Source of the DNA: a virus
DNA length: 36,589 nucleotides
Virus record (IMG/VR): IMGVR_UViG_3300048576_000185
Coordinates: 1 to 36,589 of that record
Strand: one strand, 5' to 3'
In this document: positions 1-7,322 of the stretch, in pieces
How the letters are laid out: every line of letters starts with the position of its first letter
How positions within the stretch are numbered: position 1 is the stretch's first letter
Notes under the pieces: generated by a model
Told to the model about the DNA's origin: nothing
Databases searched by the model: none
Seen by the model: the letters and a program-made list of their open reading frames with translations, nothing else
Position numbers and translations under genes: made by a program

Positions 1-127
1 TCGCTGATCCCGATCTGCCGAAGGATGCCCGCCTCGGTGTCATCATCCACCCGCCGGTCCCCCTCGAAAATCCCATAACCGGCGCTGTACTGCAGACCGA
101 GTTTGTGAGCCTCCATCACCAGACGCA
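1..127. repeat. Terminal direct repeat, copy 1 (identical to 36463..36589)
   Basis: Read directly: tcgctgatcccgatctgccgaagg...ctccatcaccagacgca occurs at both window ends, 127/127 identical. Confidence 0.97.
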
Positions 128-545
128 CATTAAAAGCCGTCGATCCGGTCCGCTGCTGTAGTTGCGCTCCCCAGTTGCTGCCATCTGGTTTGGTCAGGTA
201 GATCTCCACCGGGATCTCGTACCGCTCAAAAATAATGGTCACATGATCCTGTTTAAACGGCCGCATCCTGATCCCTTCGGAGGTCATATCCGCGAGTTTC
301 TTTACCTCCTCCACCAGTTGCGTGGGCATCAGTTGGACAGCTCCTCCGAGCATGTCCATCTGCCCAACCTCCTCATAGATCGGCCAGGCTACCAGGTCGA
401 TATCATGTACCCTGGGGACCTCACGCCTGATGGATCCCGCGATGGCGATCTGTTGCACAACCGGCTGTAGGATCCTGAGCAGTTCGTTGGCAGTCTCCCT
501 TGCCACCCGCAGGTCATATGTTTTTCCATCCGCTTTTCCACTCAT
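1..545 (-). CDS. Pol X-family (Pol beta-like) minimal DNA polymerase/nucleotidyltransferase. This is the N-terminal 181 codons; the ORF leaves the window start and is completed by 36429..36462 (192 aa in total).
   Basis: ATG at 545-543 preceded by GGAGGTGAGAT. Translation: MSGKADGKTYDLRVARETANELLRILQPVVQQIAIAGSIRREVPRVHDIDLVAWP...IPVEIYLTKPDGSNWGAQLQQRTGSTAFNVRLVMEAHKLGLQYSAGYGIF. It carries the GS-x-RR...D-x-D palm motif and a TGSxxFNxxxRxxAxxxG thumb-like motif. This ORF is absent from the ORF track because it has no stop inside the linear window. Confidence 0.75.
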   Translation of the reverse strand, partial: MSGKADGKTYDLRVARETANELLRILQPVVQQIAIAGSIRREVPRVHDIDLVAWPIYEEVGQMDMLGGAVQLMPTQLVEEVKKLADMTSEGIRMRPFKQDHVTIIFERYEIPVEIYLTKPDGSNWGAQLQQRTGSTAFNVRLVMEAHKLGLQYSAGYGIFEGDRRVDDDTEAGILRQIGIS

Positions 546-548
546 ATC

Positions 549-683
549 TCACCTCCAGACTAAAAAACAAAATGCTATATAAACCGTGATTGCCCAAATG
601 ATGAAAATCACTCCCACCTTGATGGCAACCACCAGGCAGCTCCTGGCCAGTGCTGCCTGGCGTTCCACCTTATCCGCATCCAC
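549..683 (-). CDS. Possible 44-aa single-pass membrane micro-protein (GTG start)
   Basis: VDADKVERQAALARSCLVVAIKVGVIFIIWAITVYIAFCFLVWR. It fills the gap between two genes and its TGA sits in the SD of the Pol X gene. There is no ATG, and GGAGGTG lies about 12 nt upstream. Confidence 0.25.
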   Translation of the reverse strand: MDADKVERQAALARSCLVVAIKVGVIFIIWAITVYIAFCFLVWR

Positions 684-954
684 TCTGCTCAACTCCCACC
701 TCCTCTCTGTATCTCGCCATCAGCCGGTCAATGGCCTCTTGCCCGGGTACCCACGTGCGCATCTCCCCGCACAGATCGCACCGCACATCCATCACCATCC
801 CCTCCGCCACCGCCATTACATCCGGGGCATCCCCCAGATCTGCGGCATCGATGGCTCGCCTGAAGACCATCAACTGCCTGATCCCCGCCGCGGATCTCCC
901 GCTCATCCCCATCACATGCCCGTTTTTGCACCGCCATGGTCTCAAATCATCCAT
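670..954 (-). CDS. Small Cys-rich protein, probable zinc ribbon
   Basis: WRCKNGH ... VRCDLCGE Cys/His pairs. Strong SD (GGAGGAGGTGG) lies 6 nt upstream of ATG 954. The start overlaps the stop of the upstream gene. Confidence 0.55.
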   Translation of the reverse strand: MDDLRPWRCKNGHVMGMSGRSAAGIRQLMVFRRAIDAADLGDAPDVMAVAEGMVMDVRCDLCGEMRTWVPGQEAIDRLMARYREEVGVEQSGCG

Positions 955-1505
955 TGGTCCACCTCCTCCATCACCGTATCCCCATGACTCATCACCACCA
1001 CGCAGTTGTCAGGTACCCATGCTCGAGCCTTCACCGTTATTTCCCACGCCCCATGTTTTTCCTCAGCCTTATCCAACCAGCACATCGTGTAGACCGGGCG
1101 CCCATTGATCACTTCCAATCTTGTCATCACCAGTGGTTCCAAATGTTTTGGAACAACCGCCAGATCCGGGAGCTGATCAAACACAGCCTGGTGATGGCAC
1201 GCCGCTTCATCGATGGCCCTTCTCACGGTCTGTCGCCTGGCTCGGTTGATCCCCCACATCACCGCCTCCGCGTCCGTACCCAACTGCGCCAGGCTTACCA
1301 CTTCCCGCGCCCGCCAGGCCAGCAACAGGTGCCAGATGCCCAGATCCGGCTCATCCCATTCCGGTCTGGACAGCAGGGAAAGAGCAGCTGGCGGAACGAG
1401 GGAGAGGTACCGATCGCTTCTCACCGGCTCGCCCATCCGGATCACATGTATTCGTCTGATCCCATCAAAAGCCAGATCATTCTGTAAAATCTTTTCGTCA
1501 TCCAT
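942..1505 (-). CDS. Hypothetical early protein (188 aa), possibly DNA-binding
   Basis: I moved the start from track position 1571 to ATG 1505 (MDDEKILQ...), which has GGAAGGGAAGGGA just upstream. Positions 1506-1571 are occupied by a perfect 16-bp inverted repeat and look non-coding. Confidence 0.55.
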   Translation of the reverse strand: MDDEKILQNDLAFDGIRRIHVIRMGEPVRSDRYLSLVPPAALSLLSRPEWDEPDLGIWHLLLAWRAREVVSLAQLGTDAEAVMWGINRARRQTVRRAIDEAACHHQAVFDQLPDLAVVPKHLEPLVMTRLEVINGRPVYTMCWLDKAEEKHGAWEITVKARAWVPDNCVVVMSHGDTVMEEVDQWMI

Positions 1506-1521
1506 CAGTCCCTTCCCTTCC

Positions 1522-1568
1522 GTGAGCTTCCGTGAACTTCCCGGGAGGGTCTGTTCACGGAAGCTCAC
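1522..1568. repeat. Perfect 16-bp inverted repeat GTGAGCTTCCGTGAAC / GTTCACGGAAGCTCAC with a 15-nt spacer containing CCCGGG
   Basis: Arms at 1522-1537 and 1553-1568, read directly from the sequence. Confidence 0.95.
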
Positions 1569-1857
1569 CACCTGTTCACAGCCCTGAGTGGTTGCTTATA
1601 GCCTTCGAGTACAAAATTTCTCCTAATCCCTTATATATGTTCACAGAAGTACACAAGTGCACATAAAAGCGGGCTTTTCTATGAGTTAATTGATAAATAT
1701 TCACCATTAATTCATCCCACCCTTTCCATTCCCGTGAACTGTGAGCCTTGTGAACAGGATTGGGAACAGACTCTTTGTTTTGCAGCCTGTTAGTTTTTAG
1801 ATAGGCGACAAAACAAAATCCCAGTAGCAGGATAAGCTCACGCAGTTCACAGTTCAC
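1522..1857. repeat. Iteron array: 12 copies of G[T/C]TCAC in both orientations. Candidate replication origin or multi-operator region.
   Basis: GTTCAC or its complement at 1532, 1553, 1574, 1639, 1734, 1750, 1845 and 1852. GCTCAC or its complement at 1522, 1563, 1741 and 1836. An AT-rich core lies at 1681-1716. The array sits between the primase stop and the next gene's start. Confidence 0.7.
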
Positions 1858-4685
1858 GCTTCCTCCGGCAAACCTGGTTGCAGCGGTTTTTTGAAAGTCT
1901 TCTCTTCCTTTTTTACCGGATTAATCGGGCCAATCTCATCCAGGCTCAAGCCATACCGTTTTGCCAGAGCTGTCATGCGATCCTCTTCCCAGACAACGTA
2001 ATATCCATTCCGGGTCCGACCGCTGACCTGGAGCTGAAGGTCTTCCCTGATCAGATGCCCTATTTTCTGGGGTGATAACTCATCCTTTTTCTTCTTGCTC
2101 GATTTACTATCATCATCATCTGGATCCCGGAGATTCATTTGATCGATGATCTGGTTGGCGATCAGGGTGATGGATCCGACCGTCATTTGTTCCTGCCCGT
2201 CCGCCGACAAGGATATGAAATCATGGTGCAGATCGGGGAATTTGTGGATCTGCCAGATGGCCTCAATCACCCGGGCGTTGATGGTCATGCTCTTCAGCTG
2301 GACCATCTCGGCATAATATTCACGCAGGAACTGCCTCATTTCTTTCTGCAGCTCAGGGTCATCCTTGGCCACTGCCATCAAAGGTCCGGTGACCTGGTTC
2401 AAACGGCTGGAAATGTCAATATCATAGTAAGTGGGGTCCACCGGGATCTCGGATTGCCATTGTTCCAACCGCCAACGTAGCAGTAAATTGCGCAATGCCA
2501 GGGCCCGGGCTCGCATATCATTATTTACTTCCAGGGGGATCTTGTACTTAAGCAGTTCAAAGGTTTCCCGCGGCTGGATCTTGAATGTCAGAGACCGGCT
2601 GCCCACCGCGTCATCCCAAAAATCACGCCGCATGGCGATCAATTTCGGGCAGAAGGTCGTATACATCCGTTCCTGAAAATCCTTTTTCCCGTCGATGATC
2701 ACTTCCTCTAGGCGCCAGATGGGATTGTGCTTCATGGCTCCGAGGTTCAGGAATTTCACAATATCGTTTGATGCGTCCGATTTTTGCAGGTCGGCTTCAT
2801 CGATGAAAACCGTCCCCCTGTAACGTTCTACCGATCGGAAAAGGCTGGCAGCTGTACCAGCTCCATTGGCCACCATTAACCGATAACAGACCAACCCCAC
2901 CCGCCGCATCAGTTCACTCTTCCCGGCGCCCGCCTCTCCCATGGCCCTCAAATAGGGTATCGTGTTGAAACAGTCATATAACCAGGTGAGCAACGCATAG
3001 TACGCCATGATCTTGGCATCCAGATCCCGGTTGAGTAAATATGCCCGTTTGATGAACAACTCCACGATCGCAACGAGCTCACGGGTGCTTTTCAGTTCCC
3101 CCAGTTTCGATGGAAAGAGTACTCCCCCATTCCGGAAAGTATCGGTAGGAGGAAACGCCTCATAGACCGTCCCTTTGATTTCCACTGTCCGGCCTTCGCC
3201 AATTTCACCGCTGGGGTTTCTCCATGCCAGGCTGGAACTATCACCCTCTGGATCAAACATGTACTCAACCAGCCAGCCATCAATAACACCTCCCAGGGTG
3301 AAAGTGGTATTACTCGTTCTTTCTGATTTCGTATTTTCATTTAGACGGGTCTTTACAATTCTTCCAAATTCCCGCTGATTGATTTTCATCAAGCGCGAGA
3401 GATCTCCCTGGTAAGTTGCCCTCTCAAAATCTGGCATCAGGACGACAATATCGAAAGCATCTTTCAGCGCTTCATCCCTGGCGGCGCCCTCAGCCATGCC
3501 CGCCTTCTCGCAGATCTCCTCAACAAAAGTTCTGCTTTTGTCCATCAGGTTTATCAACGCTTTTACCTGTTGATCCTGGTCCAGCCCTTCCTTAATAAAT
3601 CGCTTAAGTAAATCATTGGCATCCTTTACCTCATCACCCGGCCATCTGACCATCCTGGTCATCGGCCCGAGTAGTTTGGCATTGATCCAGGTATTTTTCT
3701 GCCCGGCTGGGTCGCTGTCCATCCCCAGATAAATGGTCACTTCTCGATCGGCTTCTTTGGCACCAGGTTTTTTTCTGCCGGCAATGAACGAGACCAGCTC
3801 GGGGGATAAATGTGTCCCCGCCAGAGCCACCGCGGGGATTTCCCACTGTCCCAGGCTGATGGCGTCGGCCTGGCCTTCTACCAGTACAACCGATTCAGCA
3901 GCAGGAGACCAGGCCGAATTGAAAAACGGTTGTCTCTCTCCACCCAAAATTTCGGGGATGTTGTAGTGGCGTTTTTCTGGCCCGATGGACCGCAGGCTCA
4001 TGTACTTGACCTTCCCGGCTCGGTAATGCAAATAAACCAGAGACCGCTGCCCGAAAACTCCTGGTATCCGATCGTTATCGATCCAGGAGGAGTAGGAGGA
4101 CAGGTTCAGCCCCTGGGCGGTCGCCCATTTTTCTACACCTCCCTGCAGTCCCAGGATGGCGATGGCCGCTGGAGATTTGAGGTCCACACCTGCCAGGCTC
4201 AGCTCCCCTGAAAGTTGTTTTTTCTCCTCATCACTGCCCGACCCCGAATATCCCAGATGGTGCTGGCGTATAACAGCCTCGGTCCATCCCCTACCCTTGG
4301 CATATTCAAGCGCTTCCGGTTTTTCCGCCAGCCACGTGGACATCACCCGCCCCGCCACATCGAAGGCCTCCTCCCTCGCGCGGATGGTCAGCCTCACCTG
4401 GTTGTCCTGCTTCCCCCAGTCGGGCGCGGATATCCCCACCCGCCGGCAGAGATCCTCCACCGCGGACTTGAAGTCATACCCGCGCCTGGTCTGCACCCAG
4501 TTGATGACATCCCCGTGCTCACCCTGGCTGTTCCAGTGATATGCCTGGTTCGCAACATCCACCACCAGGCTGTCATGCTGATCACAGGGCCAGTATCGCC
4601 CGCGTTTGATCAGACGATATCCATCCTGTTCAATGACTTGCTCAATCCTCACCGTGCTCTTGATCTTTTCGACAATGTCATCCAT
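1854..4685 (-). CDS. DnaG-type primase (degenerate zinc-finger region plus TOPRIM) fused to a C-terminal P-loop NTPase; putative primase/helicase or replication initiator
   Basis: Start set at ATG 4685 (MDDIVEKIK, with GGGGAG 5 nt upstream). YWPCDQHDSLVVDVANQAYHWNSQGEHGDVINWV resembles the DnaG CHC2 finger with two Cys lost. TOPRIM motifs: VVLVEGQADAISL and IYLGMDSDPAGQK. Walker A: GEAGAGKS. Walker B: VFIDEAD. Confidence 0.85.
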   Translation of the reverse strand: MDDIVEKIKSTVRIEQVIEQDGYRLIKRGRYWPCDQHDSLVVDVANQAYHWNSQGEHGDVINWVQTRRGYDFKSAVEDLCRRVGISAPDWGKQDNQVRLTIRAREEAFDVAGRVMSTWLAEKPEALEYAKGRGWTEAVIRQHHLGYSGSGSDEEKKQLSGELSLAGVDLKSPAAIAILGLQGGVEKWATAQGLNLSSYSSWIDNDRIPGVFGQRSLVYLHYRAGKVKYMSLRSIGPEKRHYNIPEILGGERQPFFNSAWSPAAESVVLVEGQADAISLGQWEIPAVALAGTHLSPELVSFIAGRKKPGAKEADREVTIYLGMDSDPAGQKNTWINAKLLGPMTRMVRWPGDEVKDANDLLKRFIKEGLDQDQQVKALINLMDKSRTFVEEICEKAGMAEGAARDEALKDAFDIVVLMPDFERATYQGDLSRLMKINQREFGRIVKTRLNENTKSERTSNTTFTLGGVIDGWLVEYMFDPEGDSSSLAWRNPSGEIGEGRTVEIKGTVYEAFPPTDTFRNGGVLFPSKLGELKSTRELVAIVELFIKRAYLLNRDLDAKIMAYYALLTWLYDCFNTIPYLRAMGEAGAGKSELMRRVGLVCYRLMVANGAGTAASLFRSVERYRGTVFIDEADLQKSDASNDIVKFLNLGAMKHNPIWRLEEVIIDGKKDFQERMYTTFCPKLIAMRRDFWDDAVGSRSLTFKIQPRETFELLKYKIPLEVNNDMRARALALRNLLLRWRLEQWQSEIPVDPTYYDIDISSRLNQVTGPLMAVAKDDPELQKEMRQFLREYYAEMVQLKSMTINARVIEAIWQIHKFPDLHHDFISLSADGQEQMTVGSITLIANQIIDQMNLRDPDDDDSKSSKKKKDELSPQKIGHLIREDLQLQVSGRTRNGYYVVWEEDRMTALAKRYGLSLDEIGPINPVKKEEKTFKKPLQPGLPEEA

Positions 4686-5025
4686 GCAGACTCCCCACCC
4701 GTAAAAGATTATGTGACGTGATTTTCTTGCCTTACATGGCCCGAAACTGCCCCAAACCTGCCCAGTGGATAGCTTCCATGTCGCATAATAAAATATTATG
4801 TACATCGGCCATCACTCGCCCGCGCCCTGTTTTTCTGGCAACCCCGCGCCCGCCCGGGCAAATGCCCATCAAAACCCGTAAAAATGGAATTTCTCTACTA
4901 CTGAATTCAATGGCCTACGCGCGCCCATGGGACGGGTACCCGCCTCCTCTCCGCATGGCTGCGCCCGATGGGCTCTGGAGGGCGCCAGACCATCAGGTAC
5001 AGCCAGGTGGAGGGGAGAGCCGCCT

Positions 5026-5334
5026 CTACCAGCCATCCTGCTCCCTCAACTGGTGATACTCTCCCAGCCGGCGCTGTGCCACCTGGACATCCTGCCTGAT
5101 CTCACGCGTCAGTTCCAATGCCGGGCGCAGCAAAGGCTCCAGGCTGCCATCCCGCTGGATGGCCTGCCCGATCCTAAGATCCAACTCCTGCTGCCTGATG
5201 GGAACCATCCCCATACGAGACATGGCATCCTCAATCATCGCTCTGTGTTGTTCTGCATCCTTGTGTAATTTGGCCATAACATCCTCGTATAATCCGGGCA
5301 GGGCCTTCTCCCTGCCCGGGTAATCATCCGGCAT
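5026..5334 (-). CDS. Hypothetical helical early protein (102 aa)
   Basis: ORF in the minus-strand gene series. G/C-rich third positions. No recognisable motif. Confidence 0.5.
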   Translation of the reverse strand: MPDDYPGREKALPGLYEDVMAKLHKDAEQHRAMIEDAMSRMGMVPIRQQELDLRIGQAIQRDGSLEPLLRPALELTREIRQDVQVAQRRLGEYHQLREQDGW

Positions 5335-5344
5335 CCGCCGGCCG

Positions 5345-5563
5345 TTAGTATTTCCTGCACCGTCCGCCTGGCTGCCGGCGATTGATCACGGTCACACCCT
5401 CGGGCTTGATGAGGATCTGTCCGTGCTTCACCGCGACCGCCTGCAGTCTGGCTCCCTGCTGGAAGACATCTCCCACCTGTGGATCCAACCTTTTTGGCAA
5501 AGTCTCACGCTGTAGAATGGCTTCTGTTGGGGGATTCGCCCGAATTTCCGCATTTGTTCCCAT
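5345..5563 (-). CDS. Hypothetical early protein (72 aa)
   Basis: AGGAGGA SD 5 nt upstream of ATG 5563. Tightly packed against its neighbours. Confidence 0.55.
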   Translation of the reverse strand: MGTNAEIRANPPTEAILQRETLPKRLDPQVGDVFQQGARLQAVAVKHGQILIKPEGVTVINRRQPGGRCRKY

Positions 5564-5579
5564 CGTTTATCCTCCTGGA

Positions 5580-5798
5580 TCAATCTGCGAGGTCCTCATC
5601 GACCAGATCATCGAAGGGGATGTATCCATTCCGCCCAATCACGAGGATGACCGCCCTGCCGTTGGGGGCGATCCAGGCTTCGGACCGCGTCCACGAGGTC
5701 AGCGTCTCATCCCCTTCCTTGAACCGAATTTCCACCCCGATCGGATGCAACTTGTTCCATTGGATCAACCTGGCGATCAATTGCGAATCTGCCGGCAT
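5580..5798 (-). CDS. Hypothetical acidic early protein (72 aa)
   Basis: GGGAGG SD upstream of ATG 5798. Acidic C-terminus: FDDLVDEDLAD. Confidence 0.55.
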   Translation of the reverse strand: MPADSQLIARLIQWNKLHPIGVEIRFKEGDETLTSWTRSEAWIAPNGRAVILVIGRNGYIPFDDLVDEDLAD

Positions 5799-5799
5799 A

Positions 5800-6153
5800 T
5801 CAGCCTCCCTGGATCATCCGGATGAACGCGTGCACAGCCGGGCTGTCATCAGCATCCCAGGGCGTGCGGACCGGGCGCCGTTCCATCTGATCGATCATGA
5901 TCAGCTCATCCAGAACAGACAGCCCGCTTTTCATCCGCTCGATCCGCCGGTTCTGCTGGCGATCGATCCATTCGTGGATCCACGCCGCCACCTTTGTTTC
6001 CACCCGTCCCTGGGGGATGGGCAGCTCTCTCCGCAAAAACAAAAGCAAAAAACCTTCCCGCGCCGGGAAGTTAGCTTCCCGCCTGATCGCCCTGCACTGC
6101 AGGAACCAATTCGCAATCACCACCCAGAGAGGGTAATATCCTACGATTTTCAT
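5800..6153 (-). CDS. Hypothetical early protein (117 aa)
   Basis: ATGA start/stop overlap with the upstream gene. GGTGGAGGA SD. Confidence 0.55.
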   Translation of the reverse strand: MKIVGYYPLWVVIANWFLQCRAIRREANFPAREGFLLLFLRRELPIPQGRVETKVAAWIHEWIDRQQNRRIERMKSGLSVLDELIMIDQMERRPVRTPWDADDSPAVHAFIRMIQGG

Positions 6154-6494
6154 CTACGATCCTCCACCAGTTGATCAAGCAATTGTTTTTGATCCGCTTC
6201 GCGCGCCTCCGCTTCCACCGCCCGGGCGCGCTTTTCGGCCCAATCATCCACCCAGTAAGCCACCATAATTGCCAGGCCGCCGCTCAGGGTGGCCGCCCAT
6301 AGGATTACCATCGGCTCCGCCTTGTCTCCCTTGCTCAGGGATATGGTGACTGTCACCGGCGCCATAATCCCCAGCATATTGAGCCAGTTCTCGATCATTC
6401 TGGGTAGTGGACGTTTGAGAATTAACCGCCACGGGATCCAGTGGATCACCAGTAGCAGTAAGACTACGATCGTGCAGCATGCGAGAATATCCAT
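6150..6494 (-). CDS. Membrane protein (about 3 TM segments) with a charged coiled C-terminal tail
   Basis: Hydrophobic runs ILACCTIVVLLLLVIHWIPW, MLGIMAPVTVTISL and MVILWAATLSGGLAIMVAYWV. GGAG lies 7 nt upstream of ATG 6494. Confidence 0.6.
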   Translation of the reverse strand: MDILACCTIVVLLLLVIHWIPWRLILKRPLPRMIENWLNMLGIMAPVTVTISLSKGDKAEPMVILWAATLSGGLAIMVAYWVDDWAEKRARAVEAEAREADQKQLLDQLVEDRR

Positions 6495-6611
6495 CCATCA
6501 TCTCCATCAACATTTCTTTTGATTGGCGGGCGCGGAATATCATCTCGGGATCGAGCGCCAGCTCAACCCCGGTGATGATGGTTTTCCGCTCCCGTTTGGC
6601 CATGGATCTGC

Positions 6612-7235
6612 CTACCCGCCAAAAAACTGGTTGCACATGCCAAGAATGACCTTGCGGAGGTATTTGTCCTGGGCAGCCGTGAATGGCGAATTTGGAAATA
6701 CATCTTCTACCGCCGGGTCAATGCTTGATCCATCCACAGGTTCATAAACCGGCTCGGGCTTTTGGACCTTCAGCTCTTGTTCCCAATCGCTGGTAATGTT
6801 GGCAGCGATGGCCAGTGCCATTGCCAGATCGGACCCGATATATTGGGTCATCTTTTTATCATCATTGGGATATTTTTCAACGACTTCATAATGAGGATCG
6901 GTATCCAATTCCCATTGCTTTCCGTTGAAGAAAATGAGATGAACATAAATGGAAGCCACCTCTGAATATTTCACGCAGCGTTTTTCTTTCATATCCGCGG
7001 AAAGGTTTGATCTTCCGTTATATGGCTTTAACAGCGGCAATAGAACTGGCGGAATAGCCTTTTGCATTTCAATATCGATGGATGCCAGCGCCTTCTCTCG
7101 TTTGCGTATCTCCTCTGCCTCCCGCGCTTCACGATCCGTTTTTTCCTTCAGCATCCGTAAACGTCCATGCTTGATTAATTCGTCCAGGGTGAGCTGCCCT
7201 GGTGTTTCCTTGGTCATTATTGAATTTTCGTTCAT
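6612..7235 (-). CDS. Hypothetical protein (207 aa) with an N-terminal coiled-coil
   Basis: Start set at ATG 7235 (MNENSIM, with AAAGGAGAACAA upstream) rather than track position 7295. No catalytic motif recognised. Confidence 0.55.
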   Translation of the reverse strand: MNENSIMTKETPGQLTLDELIKHGRLRMLKEKTDREAREAEEIRKREKALASIDIEMQKAIPPVLLPLLKPYNGRSNLSADMKEKRCVKYSEVASIYVHLIFFNGKQWELDTDPHYEVVEKYPNDDKKMTQYIGSDLAMALAIAANITSDWEQELKVQKPEPVYEPVDGSSIDPAVEDVFPNSPFTAAQDKYLRKVILGMCNQFFGG

Positions 7236-7322
7236 TTGTTCTCCTTTTATCTCCCGGCCGGTAGATCCGGGGATTGAAATGATAGATGACTGCATAATCA
7301 GGAACTGCCAAAATTTGTTAAG

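Noticed and set aside
1-127. Reading the terminal repeat as a biological direct terminal repeat or cos region
   Set aside because: A gene reads through it in frame, and its length equals a common maximum assembler k-mer. I treat it as a circularisation overlap. The true termini cannot be inferred from the sequence alone.
1576-1857. 93-aa minus-strand ORF (GTG start) lying inside the region after the primase gene
   Set aside because: It coincides with the iteron array and the AT-rich core. It has no SD, its composition is odd, and its codons are dictated by the repeated GTTCAC/GCTCAC motifs. I treat the region as non-coding, although translation cannot be excluded without data.
4764-4772. DnaA-box-like sequence
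   Set aside because: It is a single 7/9 match, which is easily produced by chance. I mention it only as context for the non-coding region.
4686-4805. N-terminal extensions of track ORFs: the primase to 4805, the tyrosine recombinase to 8519, the lysin to 12930, the connector to 22347, the portal to 28732 and the 192-aa protein to 36538
   Set aside because: In each case an internal ATG has a good GGAGG-type SD or an ATGA/TAATG overlap with the upstream stop. The extension either overlaps the upstream gene or translates to low-complexity sequence.
5294-5319. Perfect 10-bp GC-rich hairpin (CCGGGCAGGG-ccttct-CCCTGCCCGG) inside codons 6-14 of the 102-aa gene
   Set aside because: It lies within a coding sequence and no associated signal supports a function. 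It may be coincidental, or a minor translational or RNA-stability element. The evidence is not enough to call a function.
6244-6636. 130-aa ORF overlapping the membrane protein gene in another frame
   Set aside because: Downstream of 6494 its product is G/P/H-rich with T-ending codons, while the membrane-protein frame has the genome-typical G/C third positions. Only its first ~36 codons look coding; see the separate finding.
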